A stretch of DNA of 64,000 nucleotides from Octopus bimaculoides (GCF_001194135.2 NC_068982.1:63143798-63207797); one strand, 5' to 3'. Shown: positions 50,806 through 63,804, numbered from the stretch's first letter. Numbers and translations: made by a program. The notes: generated by a model not told the origin, from the sequence alone.

Positions 50806-53800
50806 TACGACTATGACAACGCTTTTAGCGGTGTTGTTAATGGTTATACTAGTGATGGTTGTGTTGTTGCTGGTGGTGATTCTGCTGCTGTTGATGATGA
50901 ACATAATTGTTCCCTCTTCTTCGCTGGTATTTCATTTATAATGAAATTTACTCATATCTTAAATGTAAGCTGATTCATCATATAGTTATAAAGCTTTAAA
51001 GTTTTTCAAATAGTATGAACTGGTATTATTATTTTAGTCTTTATTTTATAGACATTTTCATCTCACAACTGTTCCGTGTACCTAGGTCAGTCTGCATGAT
51101 TTTCTCAAAAAGCTAAACAAAGAAAGAATGAGAAAAAGGTGTGTTATTGGGTAACAAGTAGAGATGTGTCATATTTATGGCTTTTCCAAGAGACCTAAAC
51201 AAAATAAACACATCCAAGTTTAAGTGGTTGTGTTAAACAGAGAAACGTGTTTGGTCCGCTATTCAAAGATGACTCAATGTTCAGATGGTATTATTGAACC
51301 CAATGAAAACAAAATTTTGTCTTTTGAGCTTTGAAAGCTGAGCGACAGATTTCTTTTACTTAGAATGCATTTCTATGATACCAACATAAATAATTGTTAA
51401 TGTAATAATCAAATACTACTTTTTCCATCTTGTTATCGATTTAACACCAATTACTTCACACATAAATGTAACTATATTGTTGTTAATGTTATGGAAAATG
51501 AATCTTTTCGAAAGATTCTTTGAAAAGGGCATTCCACTAGAAGAGACAGAAATGGAATCAAACGTTTATGAATAATAATCATAATCATACCAGAATATTT
51601 TGTTACGAACTACAAATAAAGGACAACTGAGGCGAAATGAGTGCAAATCACTTCTGATGATTTGACTATATAAGCAAACATAGAGAACTATAATATACTG
51701 ATTCACTGATGGAAACTATTCAGCAAGCACAGAATTAAAGAGCTATAATGGACAATCACAATTTAACACAAGACATAAATAACTAGATGGCATTGGAGTG
51801 AGAAAAATTTACTTCCAGTAAATATAATGACAATCACATTCCAGCTGTTTCGCAGTCTGTTTTATGTTTTTAAATACCAAAATACACAAACATACATCCA
51901 TGCTAATAAATACACTGATCTCTCTCTCTCACTCTTTCTCTCTCTCTCTTTCTCACTCTTGCTCTCTCTCTTTCTCACTCTTTCTCTCTCTCTCTCTCAC
52001 ACACACATACACACACACGCATATATATTTTACGTGCATGTGTGTTATATGTTTTGTATTTATGAAAAGATAATTCACTCGGTTATTACAGAAAGATTTG
52101 CACCACGTGCAAATTTCAGGCAACGTTCAAATAAGAAATTAGAAAGAGACGTACGAGTTGGACACCAAGTTAAACTGATTTTCTTTAGTTCATAACACAA
52201 AGTTGCAGCCCAAAAGAGAACGTGATGGTTACAGGATGTTCGGGTTAAATTTGACAATTTTTGGCTCCTTTTTGCAGGAATAGCTTGATTTATTGGTGAA
52301 CAGTTAACGGTGTTACGTGTGAGATAAGGCTTAAAGTTTTAGTTGATATGGCTGATATACTTAGCTGATATGGAAGATTAGAAGTCACGTGAAAATTGGA
52401 AAAGCGTTATCTGCATCATGATGATCTGCGCTTGGGTATGAAAATACTAACATCAGGATTGATTATCAATGCCCTGTTAACACTGTGAAATCTGTAAGAC
52501 ATGACGTGAGCAGCTGACGAAGACGGGGGCCAGCTAGAAGGGACGCACCAGGCGTTATGAATGCGTTAGCACACTGAAGTTCGTGCAAGCAGTAAGGAGC
52601 AGGGACTTGGGTTCAATTCAAACGTGAACAGGCCCAGAAGTGATTACCGGGGAATTTCTACGATGTACTTGGAAAAAAGCGCGAGAAGTAACTCTATTAA
52701 ATTTTAATTTATAAGTAGACATATATAATAAAATATGAGCTAGGTAGGGGCAATTGTTCTGTAGTAGAAAAGAGGGTGAGATTGGTTGAAAGTGTCTGAC
52801 TGAGTATAATTTTTATAACAGAATAGAAAATTTCCAGTTAATATATTTGGTTACAATATTAACTTGATCCACAATTCCTCATTTGATATTAGAATTAATG
52901 TGAGAAGTTTAAAAAGAACACATTCGACATACACCTGTCTCAGTTTCAATAGATACATCGCATATCTGTAACTAAGCTAGATATTCTCTCACGCACACAC
53001 TTGTTTCACCTCACGCTGATGGGAACAGGACAATTTTTACACTTAATAATAAGACATTATATCCAACTGCGCATCACATCTGACGCATGCTTTTACACTT
53101 AATATTGACATTTCTTCAATTAAAAAAACAAAAACAAAAACAAAAAACAATTCTCACAATAAAATATTTCTTTACATAAAATAGCACTGTTGATCTAATT
53201 TGACACAGCTGTCAAATAAGAAAATTTTTCTCCTTTCGCCATCTCTTTCCTCTGAATATTACATATTCCCGGAAAGTGAAGGTGAGAAACCAGCTACAAA
53301 TGTTGTTCTGTAGAGGAAGTTAAGGAGGAAAGAAGGGATGGCTGCTTAGCTATAAGTATGAGAATGCATCCATGTCTGGAAACGGGAAAAACGGAGACTG
53401 GTAGCTGTGTTAAAGTGGTGTATGTGTATAAACGTATGCAAATGTGGGGATAGAGGGGTGTTTGTTAGTGGTGAGAGGGTGTTGGTGTATGTATGAAATT
53501 GTTGGATAGATAGTATGAAGGTGCGTTTATGAAAAAGTGAGAATGTCTGAACGTATGTGTTCGTGTGTGGATAAAGATATTTATGGAACAGATGGTATGA
53601 CAAGAGAAAGGTGTAAGGTGTGATTCATGTGTGTGTAAGTATATAAAAAATTATGTAAGAGTGGAAAAATATTTTTCTATGAGTGAAAATTTCAAAAATG
53701 AGGAAAGCAAGGCTTGAAATCTTTGATGAGAAAAGACAACATCATAAAAATATAGCAGAACAATAAAATGTTCAAAGATTATGTAGAGTGTACAGATAGT

Positions 53801-54139
53801 GCTATGAGGTGTCTAAGACACTGGTATATTACATGAAGGAGGTAAAATAATTTGGGTAGAGAGGTGAAAATCCATAAATAAGGGATGTGGTGCAGAAAAC
53901 AATGAAAATGTCAAGTGGAATAAAAATGGTCTTCTTTGAAAGAAAAACGAACTGTGCGAGGAAGAAAGATGTAAGAGAGGTGTATATTTGCGTGTGAATG
54001 TTTTAGCAAACTAAAGAGTAGCGGGCAAGCAGAAGTAACATGTGGAAGATAACGAAAAGTAATGTGCGTGTGTGTGTATGTGTGTGTGTGTATGTGTGTG
54101 TGTGTGTGTATGTGTGCAGTTAATGAGAGATAGATAGAT

Positions 54140-54290
54140 ACATTATTTACATTATTTACAATTGACAGATATTTGTCCTCATCTTGTTTGTTGTTAAAAC
54201 AACGTTTCGGCTGATATACCCTCCAGCCTTCCTCAGGTGACTTGGAGAAAATTTCGAACCTGGGTTCTCATTCTTAAGGTATTTTTTCGA

Positions 54291-54347
<57 letters not shown>

Positions 54348-54456
54348 CATCATTACTCAGGTCACTGCCTGGAAGTGGTTAAGAGCGCGGGCTACTAACC
54401 CCAAGATTCCGAGTTCGATTCCAGGCAGTGACCTGAGTAATAATAATAACAATAAT
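54140..54456. mobile_element. Composite short element: tRNA-like head, (AAT)n linker, hammerhead-containing tail, with a fold-back
   Basis: Perfect 23-bp inverted repeat at 54352-54374 / 54419-54441 around a tRNA-like A/B-box segment. The left arm joins via (TTA)n to the hammerhead tail at 54140-54295. Confidence 0.6.
54197..54240 (-). ncRNA. Minimal hammerhead motif inside a short interspersed element
   Basis: CAC-CUGAGGA-A-GGCUG(GAGGGUAUAU)CAGCC-GAAA-CGUU-GUU: intact CUGANGA/GAAA core, perfect 5-bp stem II, ACGU stem III, only 2 bp of stem I. Confidence 0.6.
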
Positions 54457-55019
54457 NNNNNNNNNNNNNNNNNNNNNNNNNNNNNNNNNNNNNNNNNNNN
54501 NNNNNNNNNNNNNNNNNNNNNNNNNNNNNNNNNNNNNNNNNNNNNNNNNNNNNNNNNNNNNNNNNNNNNNNNNNNNNNNNNNNNNNNNNNNNNNNNNNNN
54601 NNNNNNNNNNNNNNNNNNNNNNNNNNNNNNNNNNNNNNNNNNNNNNNNNNNNNNNNNNNNNNNNNNNNNNNNNNNNNNNNNNNNNNNNNNNNNNNNNNNN
54701 NNNNNNNNNNNNNNNNNNNNNNNNNNNNNNNNNNNNNNNNNNNNNNNNNNNNNNNNNNNNNNNNNNNNNNNNNNNNNNNNNNNNNNNNNNNNNNNNNNNN
54801 NNNNNNNNNNNNNNNNNNNNNNNNNNNNNNNNNNNNNNNNNNNNNNNNNNNNNNNNNNNNNNNNNNNNNNNNNNNNNNNNNNNNNNNNNNNNNNNNNNNN
54901 NNNNNNNNNNNNNNNNNNNNNNNNNNNNNNNNNNNNNNNNNNNNNNNNNNNNNNNNNNNNNNNNNNNNNNNNNNNNNNNNNNNNNNNNNNNNNNNNNNNN
55001 NNNNNNNNNNNNNNNNNNN

Positions 55020-55069
<50 letters not shown>

Positions 55070-57048
55070 TTACATATGTTTGTTTGTGTGTATATTTGTT
55101 GTGTGTGTGTTTGTTGTATGTGTGTGTGTATGTTTGTTGTGTGTATGTGCGCGTGTGTGTCTGTGTCTGTGCTAACGTATAAGTGTGTGTATATAAACAT
55201 TTATAAATAGTGTACTTAAATGCTTAAATCCCGTAAAGTTATTTTGAAACAAGACTTAAATGTAAAAATATCAAATTATAATATTTCACATTTAAAAGGA
55301 GAAAGGATTAAGAAATAACTAGCGTAAATTCCCATCAATCAATTTTTGTTTTAGATTTATATATTAAATGACACTAGTCATCTTGATATTCTGTTTTAAT
55401 TATCGTCATGGTATTTTTGTCTGTAAAGTAATAATTTTGCTTGAAATAAAATGGTGAGTAGATTCCAAATTGACGTTTAAAATAAATAATTTTAATGTGT
55501 AATTTTCCTGCCTAATATTTGTACATTTCTTGTAAATTATCAAAAATTATTGAAAGCTTCAAATCGAAGAAAGTAATTTTAAAACTATAATATTTGGAAG
55601 ACTACGTAACTTACTAGAGCAATTTAAATAAAAATGAAAAAAAAAAAACATATTTGTAATTTCTCCCTCAATATTTCTTCAAATATTTTTGTACAAATGT
55701 CTTAAAAACTATTAAGCATAAACGATCACAGACATCAAATTTCAGCCTATTGTTAGTTTAGCACTTCTATTATGTATTCTATTATCTATGTGCATAATCC
55801 CGATATCCTAATTTTCATCTTGAATACATCGTCAGCACTTTCAAAGGAATTCGTAGTTTGCGTAGTTGTTCACCGAGTACGTAGGAATTCGTCATTGCAC
55901 GTCGGTAGTCGGCAGTCACTTATTCGACTTAGAGCATTCCATAAGCAACAGTATAGAACCCTCAGTTTTCTCTTGTTTCGAGCTGGCATATTATTATGAT
56001 TATGTGAACGAAAGGAATTATTAGACGAGGCTGATAGGACGTTGAAAATATAACACCTCGGTGACGGTATCCTATGATAGGAATGTTAGCATATTAAATT
56101 TAAATGCATATGTATTCGTGCATATACTTTAGAACGTACATATACATGTACATGGTTATCCTGATAGAGAGATTCATGACTGATGGAACCCTGAAGCAAT
56201 TAGCAATGGTTCAATGACGTCGTTGAAAAGAATGAATGGCTTTACACATAGCGAAGGCATATACATTCGTTATCCAATGCGAAACACTATTTGATATATG
56301 TAATACTCAATAACACATTTGTGGTTAACCATTTGACAAACGATCAAGAAAATTTATGGTAACAATACCTAATCTTGCATGAATTTATACGTTCATCTAT
56401 TGATCAGATAAACTTTGATAATATATCCAACATAAGCACAAACACTGTATAAACTGACACTAGTACTTGCTTGAATTATTTTATCAACAAGGACGAACGA
56501 AAGACAAATTGGCCCCAGCAGCATTTGTACGCAGATCAGATCATAAAAAATGTCTTTCACTTTTATCTGGTACTCCACAGTGTCAATCATATTACAAATT
56601 GCTATTAATAATAATTCATAACATCGGAAAGGTAACAGTCGACTGGATGACTTGTTACAGAGGTACAAGGGCAGAAATTTTGAGAACGTGTAAATTCGAT
56701 TATATCAACCTTAATATTTTATTCGTACTTTATTTTGTTCACCAAAGAATGATGGGATGAGAAATTGATGGAATTTGCGCTTGACACGTAAAAGCCTTGA
56801 CAAAATAATGCAACATATTCTATCCCTAATTTTGAGGTTCGTATTCTGGCAAGTCACTGCATATGTACATATATAACTACTTATATAGATGCATATTTAT
56901 CTGTATATCCAACTTAAGGTGGATCTTTAGTTTGAATGCCGAATACGTCGTTATTTACACTGTATACGGCGTTCTAGTAAAAACAAATACGCCTAAGTTG
57001 GATATAAAGATTACTTTTGCTTTAAGTATTGCTTCTGTCGCAAAAAAT

Positions 57049-57082
<34 letters not shown>

Positions 57083-57598
57083 NNNNNNNNNNNNNNNNNN
57101 NNNNNNNNNNNNNNNNNNNNNNNNNNNNNNNNNNNNNNNNNNNNNNNNNNNNNNNNNNNNNNNNNNNNNNNNNNNNNNNNNNNNNNNNNNNNNNNNNNNN
57201 NNNNNNNNNNNNNNNNNNNNNNNNNNNNNNNNNNNNNNNNNNNNNNNNNNNNNNNNNNNNNNNNNNNNNNNNNNNNNNNNNNNNNNNNNNNNNNNNNNNN
57301 NNNNNNNNNNNNNNNNNNNNNNNNNNNNNNNNNNNNNNNNNNNNNNNNNNNNNNNNNNNNNNNNNNNNNNNNNNNNNNNNATATATATATATATATAATA
57401 GATCTCTGAGCGAGGCATAAACAGTAGCTGCACGACATCGTGAAGTGTATTTGCCACCTAAATGTAGCTAACAATTAAAGGTTGATGCTACTGTAGATTG
57501 TAGCCTTAGGAAGACATCTCCAGCTGACTATTGACTCACTATCTGTACCCTATCAGTATTTGCAAAGGGTAGTCATCGTTCTCATCTCCACCATGATA

Positions 57599-57643
57599 CA
57601 CACGGACCCGAGTTCCTGGGTATTGACCCGTCATCAGCGTGTG
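57599..57643 (-). ncRNA. Type I hammerhead motif, copy 1 of an inverted pair (GAAA changed to GGAA)
   Basis: CACACG-CUGAUGA-C-GGGU(CAAU)ACCC-A-GGAA-CUCGGGUC-CGUGUG: perfect 6-bp stem I, 4-bp stem II, self-complementary stem III. Confidence 0.65.
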
Positions 57644-57842
57644 GCACATTTAGGTGAAAAATATATGGAGGTTACAAGCTACAGTAGCATCAACCCTTAA
57701 ATGTTAGCGACATTGAGGTGGCAAATATACTTCGCGATGTTGCGCAGCTACTGTTTATACCTCGCTCAGAGATTTTCGTCACTGGAAAAAGTATATATAT
57801 ATTTGCATTGAGAACCACATTCCATCGCCAACTGGTGGTAGT

Positions 57843-57887
57843 CACGTGCTGATGACAGGTCAATACCCAGAAACTCAGGTCCGTGTG
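57843..57887 (+). ncRNA. Type I hammerhead motif, copy 2 of the inverted pair (core intact)
   Basis: CACGUG-CUGAUGA-C-AGGU(CAAU)ACCC-A-GAAA-CUCAGGUC-CGUGUG: intact core and GUC site, stem I with two G-U pairs, stem II weakened. Confidence 0.7.
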
Positions 57888-58053
57888 TATCACGTCAGGC
57901 TGGAGATGGGAACGAAGACTTCCCTTTGCAAATACTGATGGGGCACAGATAGTGTGTCAATAACCAGCTGGAGGAGATGTCTTCCTCGGACTACAAGCTA
58001 CAGTAGCATCAACCATTAATGGTTAGCCATATTTAGATGGTAATTTTACTTCA

Positions 58054-58106
<53 letters not shown>

Positions 58107-58366
58107 NNNNNNNNNNNNNNNNNNNNNNNNNNNNNNNNNNNNNNNNNNNNNNNNNNNNNNNNNNNNNNNNNNNNNNNNNNNNNNNNNNNNNNNNNNNNNN
58201 NNNNNNNNNNNNNNNNNNNNNNNNNNNNNNNNNNNNNNNNNNNNNNNNNNNNNNNNNNNNNNNNNNNNNNNNNNNNNNNNNNNNNNNNNNNNNNNNNNNN
58301 NNNNNNNNNNNNNNNNNNNNNNNNNNNNNNNNNNNNNNNNNNNNNNNNNNNNNNNNNNNNTATTTT

Positions 58367-58449
<83 letters not shown>

Positions 58450-58746
58450 CTAGCAAACTGCTCCATTGTCCATTGGCAATGGCAGTTTTGGAGATAACAG
58501 TGTGATTTGCCATGTTTATAATAAACTATGGCGGGAATTTGAGCGCTCTGAATTGTGACACAGTTAGTGAGGAAGATGACAGAAGAATGAGAAATGGAAG
58601 TATGTTAAAAGAGATGAAATGATGTACTTTTTTTGTTAAATGATGTTGTAGCGTTGATATAGTACATCAATATAATGCCCATACAATTTAGTGTGAGGTC
58701 CGGTGTACGAGGTTAAGATTTGGTTCTGAATATTATTCATGAAAGT

Positions 58747-58960
58747 TAAGGCGGCGAGCTGGGAAAATTGTTAGAACGCCGGACAAAATGTGTAGCGGCA
58801 TTCCATTCTCTGCATTGTGAGTTCAAATTTTATCGAGTCCACTTTATCTTTCATCCTTTCTTTGTCCATAAAGTAAGTACCATTGAGTACTGCAGTCGAT
58901 GAAATCGACTTACCCCTCCCCCGAAATTGCTGATATTGTGCCAAAATTTGAAACCAACAT
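58747..58960 (+). mobile_element. SINE family A copy
   Basis: GGCGGCGAGCTGG...GAGTTCAAAT...CTTTCATCCTTTC...AAGTACCA...GTGCCAAAATTTGAAAC. Confidence 0.75.
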
Positions 58961-61159
58961 GATCCACAAAAGCTTGATATAACAGGGGAAGGTATAAGTA
59001 CCTCATTTTGTGAATAGAACTGACTAGAGGAGAAACTGTCGTGGATAAGGACGTGTTTAATTAGGTTGAAAAGCATGATGATAGTGGATAATGTTATCTT
59101 CGTTATAAGATATTCTGATAACAATTCTAAATCATAAAAAGAGTATAAAATGTTCATCAATAAAACAACAATTTTTACAAACCGAACCATTTTTGATGAT
59201 TAATGGAATTACAAAGTTCAAGTTCTTGGAGATGAAATTGTCTAAATTTGTCAGTGAATTCTTAAGAAGATAGATCGAATACAAATGCGTTTCTCTTCTA
59301 AAGTTCTTCAAAATCAACCAGATATATGCTGAAATATTAACTCTATTTCAAAATGTCATCGCTCAACCACACCTCCTGATATTTTAAACATGAGAATATA
59401 GAAGGCGCTAAAACCATTATCATTGTATTCCATCATTTCTAATTGAAGCTCTAATTTAAATGGAAGTGTGGAGAATAAATATATCATCAGCAGTTATTAT
59501 TAGCAACAGTAGAATCTGTTGTCATCGTCATCGTAGTAGTAGTGGTGTGATGAATAGGTAGTAATGTCCATAGTGTGATTGACAAAATACCTCCCAATAA
59601 CTTTTCACTCCTCAAATTTGATGAGCTATATTCTGGTGAAGTACTTAGTTGAACTTATTCAACAGCTGCTTCTCTAGAAAAGTTGTGAGGTTTTATGCCT
59701 ATATGAGATATATTGTCTGACATAGTACCCCCACCCCCACCCCAGCATTCCATCCGACCTGAATAATAATTATAAAATCCTCAATAATAATTCTTTCTAT
59801 TATAGGCACAAAGCTTGAAATATTGCGGCAAAGTTTAGCCGATTGTATTGATCCCAGGGCTCAAAGCCTTAAAATCATCGATGATAAAACTAATGATTTA
59901 TAATATCGGCTTGAGGTCACACATTTGGGGGAAAGATATAATTTAATAGACCGGGACCTGCATTGCTTAGTATTTATTTTGTCGATCCCGGATCGATACA
60001 CGGTAAATGAAATCGCAGTGAAATTTCTAAAGCGAACATAACAACGCATATCGATAAAAAGCATGGAATTGACTCCGATTCAGAACATTAATATTAATAT
60101 CTCTTTATTTGCTACAATCTTCCATTTATACATACAATAGAAGGCAGAGAAAAAAAACATAGAGATTCACTTAATACTTGTCTAAAAGTAGAAAAAGATT
60201 GTGTAGATGAACAAAACAAAGCTATTTTTAAAATGTTGTTTAAAGGATTTTATACAATGAACATAATAAAAAATTAATATTTATTTAAGAAATCTACAAT
60301 GAATGCACGTTTATATAAAAGACTATAAATAGAAATAGGGTAACCGACTCGTTACCATATTTCTAACTCGAGCTAGTGATATGATAGTGTTTCATCAAGT
60401 AATCTTGCTTCTAAACCAATCCCTGGCTGCATAGATTTATATATCTTATCTGAGTATGGCTTCATTCTTTAGGTAAGTGACAGAGACCAGTTTATCTGAG
60501 TTTAAAGGATCGTAGGTAATCTTACCTTCTCACTGGAGTATTTTATTTTTATGAAGGAGCCGTCGGAAAGATTTGTATCCATTTTATTGAGGAAACCTCC
60601 GAAGTCAAAAGGAGATTTTATTTGTAATTGCGTGACGTATAGGAATCTGCGAATGCTTGGAAACGAAATTTTCAGAACCCTCCCTTTTGTTCCTTGTTGT
60701 TATTATCACTGTTTGACAACTAGATGCCATTTGCTAGTTCGATCAGATCGAGGCTGATTTCGATTGAACCGGTTAGGATTAAAGACATTATAGTAGTGAG
60801 CATCCTATAAAGGAAAGAGATTGGGAGGAATTCGTGAAGAACAATAGGGAAGAGGAAGAGGAGAAGAAAATGGGATGTGCAAACTAAAGGCAAGGATGGT
60901 GAAGGATACCGAATATTTAATCTTTGAAAAACAAGGGTTACAAATCAGTAAGAATCACTATAAAAATAAAAGAGGAATGGAGGTAGGAAATAGTTTCAGG
61001 TACAGCAATTACGAATGACTATATTTGTTTGCTCCCTTTGCAAACATGCAAATTGTCTCAGTATTTTTAGACTAATAGTAGCGTCTTCTTCAGCATTTAT
61101 TTAAATTATATTTCATGCTTTAGTTTTGCTTAATCAAACTATTCTCTAAATCTGTTTCG

Positions 61160-62035
61160 TGGAGACGCAATGGCCCAGTGGTTAGGGCAGTGGACTTGCG
61201 GTCATAGGATCGCGGTTTCGATTCCCAGACCGGGCGTTGTGAGTGTTTATTGAGCGAAAACGCCTAAAGCTCCACGAGGATCCGGCAGGGGATGGTGGCG
61301 AACTCTGCTGTACTCTTCCACCACAACTTTCTCTCACTCTTACTTCCTGAATCTGTTGTGCCTGTAGTTCAAAGGGTCAGCCTTGTCACACTGTGTCACG
61401 CCGAATATTCCCAAGAACTATGTTAAGGGTACACGTGTCTGTGGAGTGTTCAGCCACTTGCACGTTAATTTCACGAGCAGGCTGTTCCGTTGATCGGATC
61501 AACTGGAACCCTCGGTTCTTTTTTAAAATGGGGGTCACATTTTTCATTAACGAAACACTTTGAAACTTGGAACACTGGTAGAATGTGTCATATAAAACAT
61601 CTTTTTCTCTTAGTCTTCTTTTAAAAAAAAGAAATCCATAAATTATTCCATGTTAAAGTTGTCGTATTTCTGTAATTTCAATCAATCACTGACGTCCATT
61701 CAACCGATATNNNNNNNNNNGTTAGGGTTAAAGCAAATTTAAAATGAAAAAAGCAAATAAAACGAAGAATCGTTTGTTTATGTAGTCGGCACTTAATGTA
61801 TATCGGCTGAATGAACGTCAGTGATTGGTTGAAATTATCGAAATAAGACAATTTTTTACATGAAATAAATTCGAATACAAAAATATTTTTCTGTTCTATA
61901 ACACAAAATAGATAAGTATACGGAGTTTGAAAGTCTTTCGGTACCAAAAACACTACGTAAAACATTAATGAAAAATGTGGCCCCCGTTTTAAAAAAGATC
62001 CGAACCCTCGACGTCGTAAGCGACGGAGTGCCATC
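61160..62035 (+). mobile_element. tRNA-derived SINE split by a MITE (SINE at 61160-61513, resuming at 62002-62035)
   Basis: A box TGGCCCAGTGG, B box GGTTTCGATTCCC; 3' tail shared with 32290-32450; the tail resumes after the MITE with a duplicated GAACCCTC. Confidence 0.8.
61514..62001. mobile_element. Non-autonomous DNA transposon (MITE) with TIRs and an 8-bp TSD
   Basis: Left end GGTTCTTTTTTAAAATGGGGGTCACATTTTTCATTAA vs reverse complement of the right end GGATCTTTTTTAAAACGGGGGCCACATTTTTCATTAA. Inner inverted repeat ~61674-61710 vs ~61800-61838. TSD GAACCCTC at 61506-61513 and 62002-62009. Confidence 0.85.
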
Positions 62036-63804
62036 ATAAATTTGTTTCAAATGTGTTTTTTTTTTTGTTTCTGTCCGCAATAATATTAGAGCTACAACCT
62101 TAAATAATCATGTTTAATGCTAGTCATACCGTAGCTAAAGTGTAAAAGGTTTATTGAAAGTACATTTATCCGAAAAAAAGAAAACGCAAACCAACTTTAT
62201 GCCAGTGATCGAACGAAAGTAAAAAGGAAAAGTTGTTGCGTGTTCAAGTGCTACCGTTGCAAATCCAGAGCGTCAAGCAAGAGATGCAGCAGCAGGAAAT
62301 TCGAAACTTTTAAACAGTATTGTAGCTGTCGTGTAACAATTCTTTTGCCGTTGAGTGAAGAGTATATCACTGAGTGAAACATTTAATAACCTCTATTGTT
62401 GTACTAGATCTCCAGTAACACACTGGAGTTTACGAGAATGTTTTCATTAGATATGTATGTGTCATGCATAAAGATAACAGTGCTTGAAAAAAATTCAATA
62501 ATTTGTAAAATTTTATTTCCCCAAAATTTCACGAAAGCTTAAATATTCACAAGTAGGAATATGTAGCATGAAGAAACTAAATGTCTTAGAACAATTTTTT
62601 TCCTGGATGTTTATCAAAACAAAATGCTTATGAGCAAAAAACAATAAAAATGTTTCCTACATATTTCATGATAAATTTCCTGTCATTAAAATAGATTTCT
62701 ATCGCGTTCACACTGACTCTAGATGTATATCCACCCCACAAAATCTACTATATTAAAGGCAAATACCTACAGCATTCTAACAGTGAAGTAAATTGCACAT
62801 AACGATGAATATTGTTTAAGTCTATTTCATAACATTTAAAATAAATAGCTTTTCATAATATATTATAATAATGCAGCAAACTGTTGCAACTTTAGTTACA
62901 TCCGCAGACACATATGGCTAGAATCCATCTTTAAAATCGTTTCATGTTTATCACTGTAATTAAAAAATAATCCTTCAAATGAGTTTGACACACGCAAAAC
63001 GTTGAAGGCAAGATAGAAGTTGAAGTAAACCAAAAGACAGATTTGTATAGCAAAAAAAAAAAAAAATTATAATAATATTCATCGTCTGAATTAGTCGTAT
63101 CTATGTGATTAACTACTTCCTGCCGTAACATGACATTATTTTTTATACAAATCACTGTATTTTCCTTTTGTTGGGAGTATAGATTTGAAGTTAATTGAAT
63201 AAATTGGATTGTTACACTTTGTAAGTATCTCAACTAAATTTGTCGATTTTCACAGCTAAAGAACATTTCTTTGCTTGAGTACACCTTTAAAGCATCACTC
63301 ACGTAAATAAAACATGGGGCACTGACTGTCTTGAATAGAGAGATGGGTAGCATATACAATGTAGAGGAGTGTATGATGCTTTTTAGAAGCTTCTGAATGA
63401 TCGTGGAACACAATTTTTCTCTTAATAAACAAATGTTTCAGATAATATTGTATCAATGTTTCATTTAAATTTGAACTTTAAACGCGTCGTTTAAGTGCTG
63501 AAAATGTGTATTAAATGGTTTTTAAAACTATGTCACCAGAAGACAAAAGGAAATACAATTAAAACGAAAGAAACAGCAATCAAAAGGAAGTGTAGTAACC
63601 AATGATTCCCAAGATCAACTCGTTATTCTTTTCACTGAATTTCGCATAACCCGAACACTTTGTTCCAATTTAATATAAAGTTATAAATAATATTATAGTG
63701 GTTTATTATTGATAAGGAACCACCAGCAAAATACATTGGCAGCAATATTTTATTATAACAACTTGTTTGAGAGCGATGAGAACTGATTTTTAATATTTTA
63801 GTCA

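Larger units (their letters stand above)
57400..58055. mobile_element. Hammerhead-bearing repeat unit in inverted plus partial-tandem arrangement (retrozyme/Penelope pseudo-LTR-like)
   Basis: A minus copy at 57643-57400, a plus 3'-partial copy at 57671-57773 and a plus copy at 57843-58055. The anchor TACAAGCTACAGTAGCATCAACC recurs at 57673 and 57992 (319-nt period). Confidence 0.65.

Noticed and set aside
54375-54430. tRNA-like sequences here and at 13225-13312, 23491-23560 and 61165-61235
   Set aside because: They have A/B boxes but no complete cloverleaf or acceptor stem and run into SINE bodies; they are SINE heads, not tRNA genes.
61055-61095. CUGAAGA-A-GAC(10)GUC-UAAA on the minus strand
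   Set aside because: UAAA instead of GAAA, and no convincing stems I or III; cannot be distinguished from chance.
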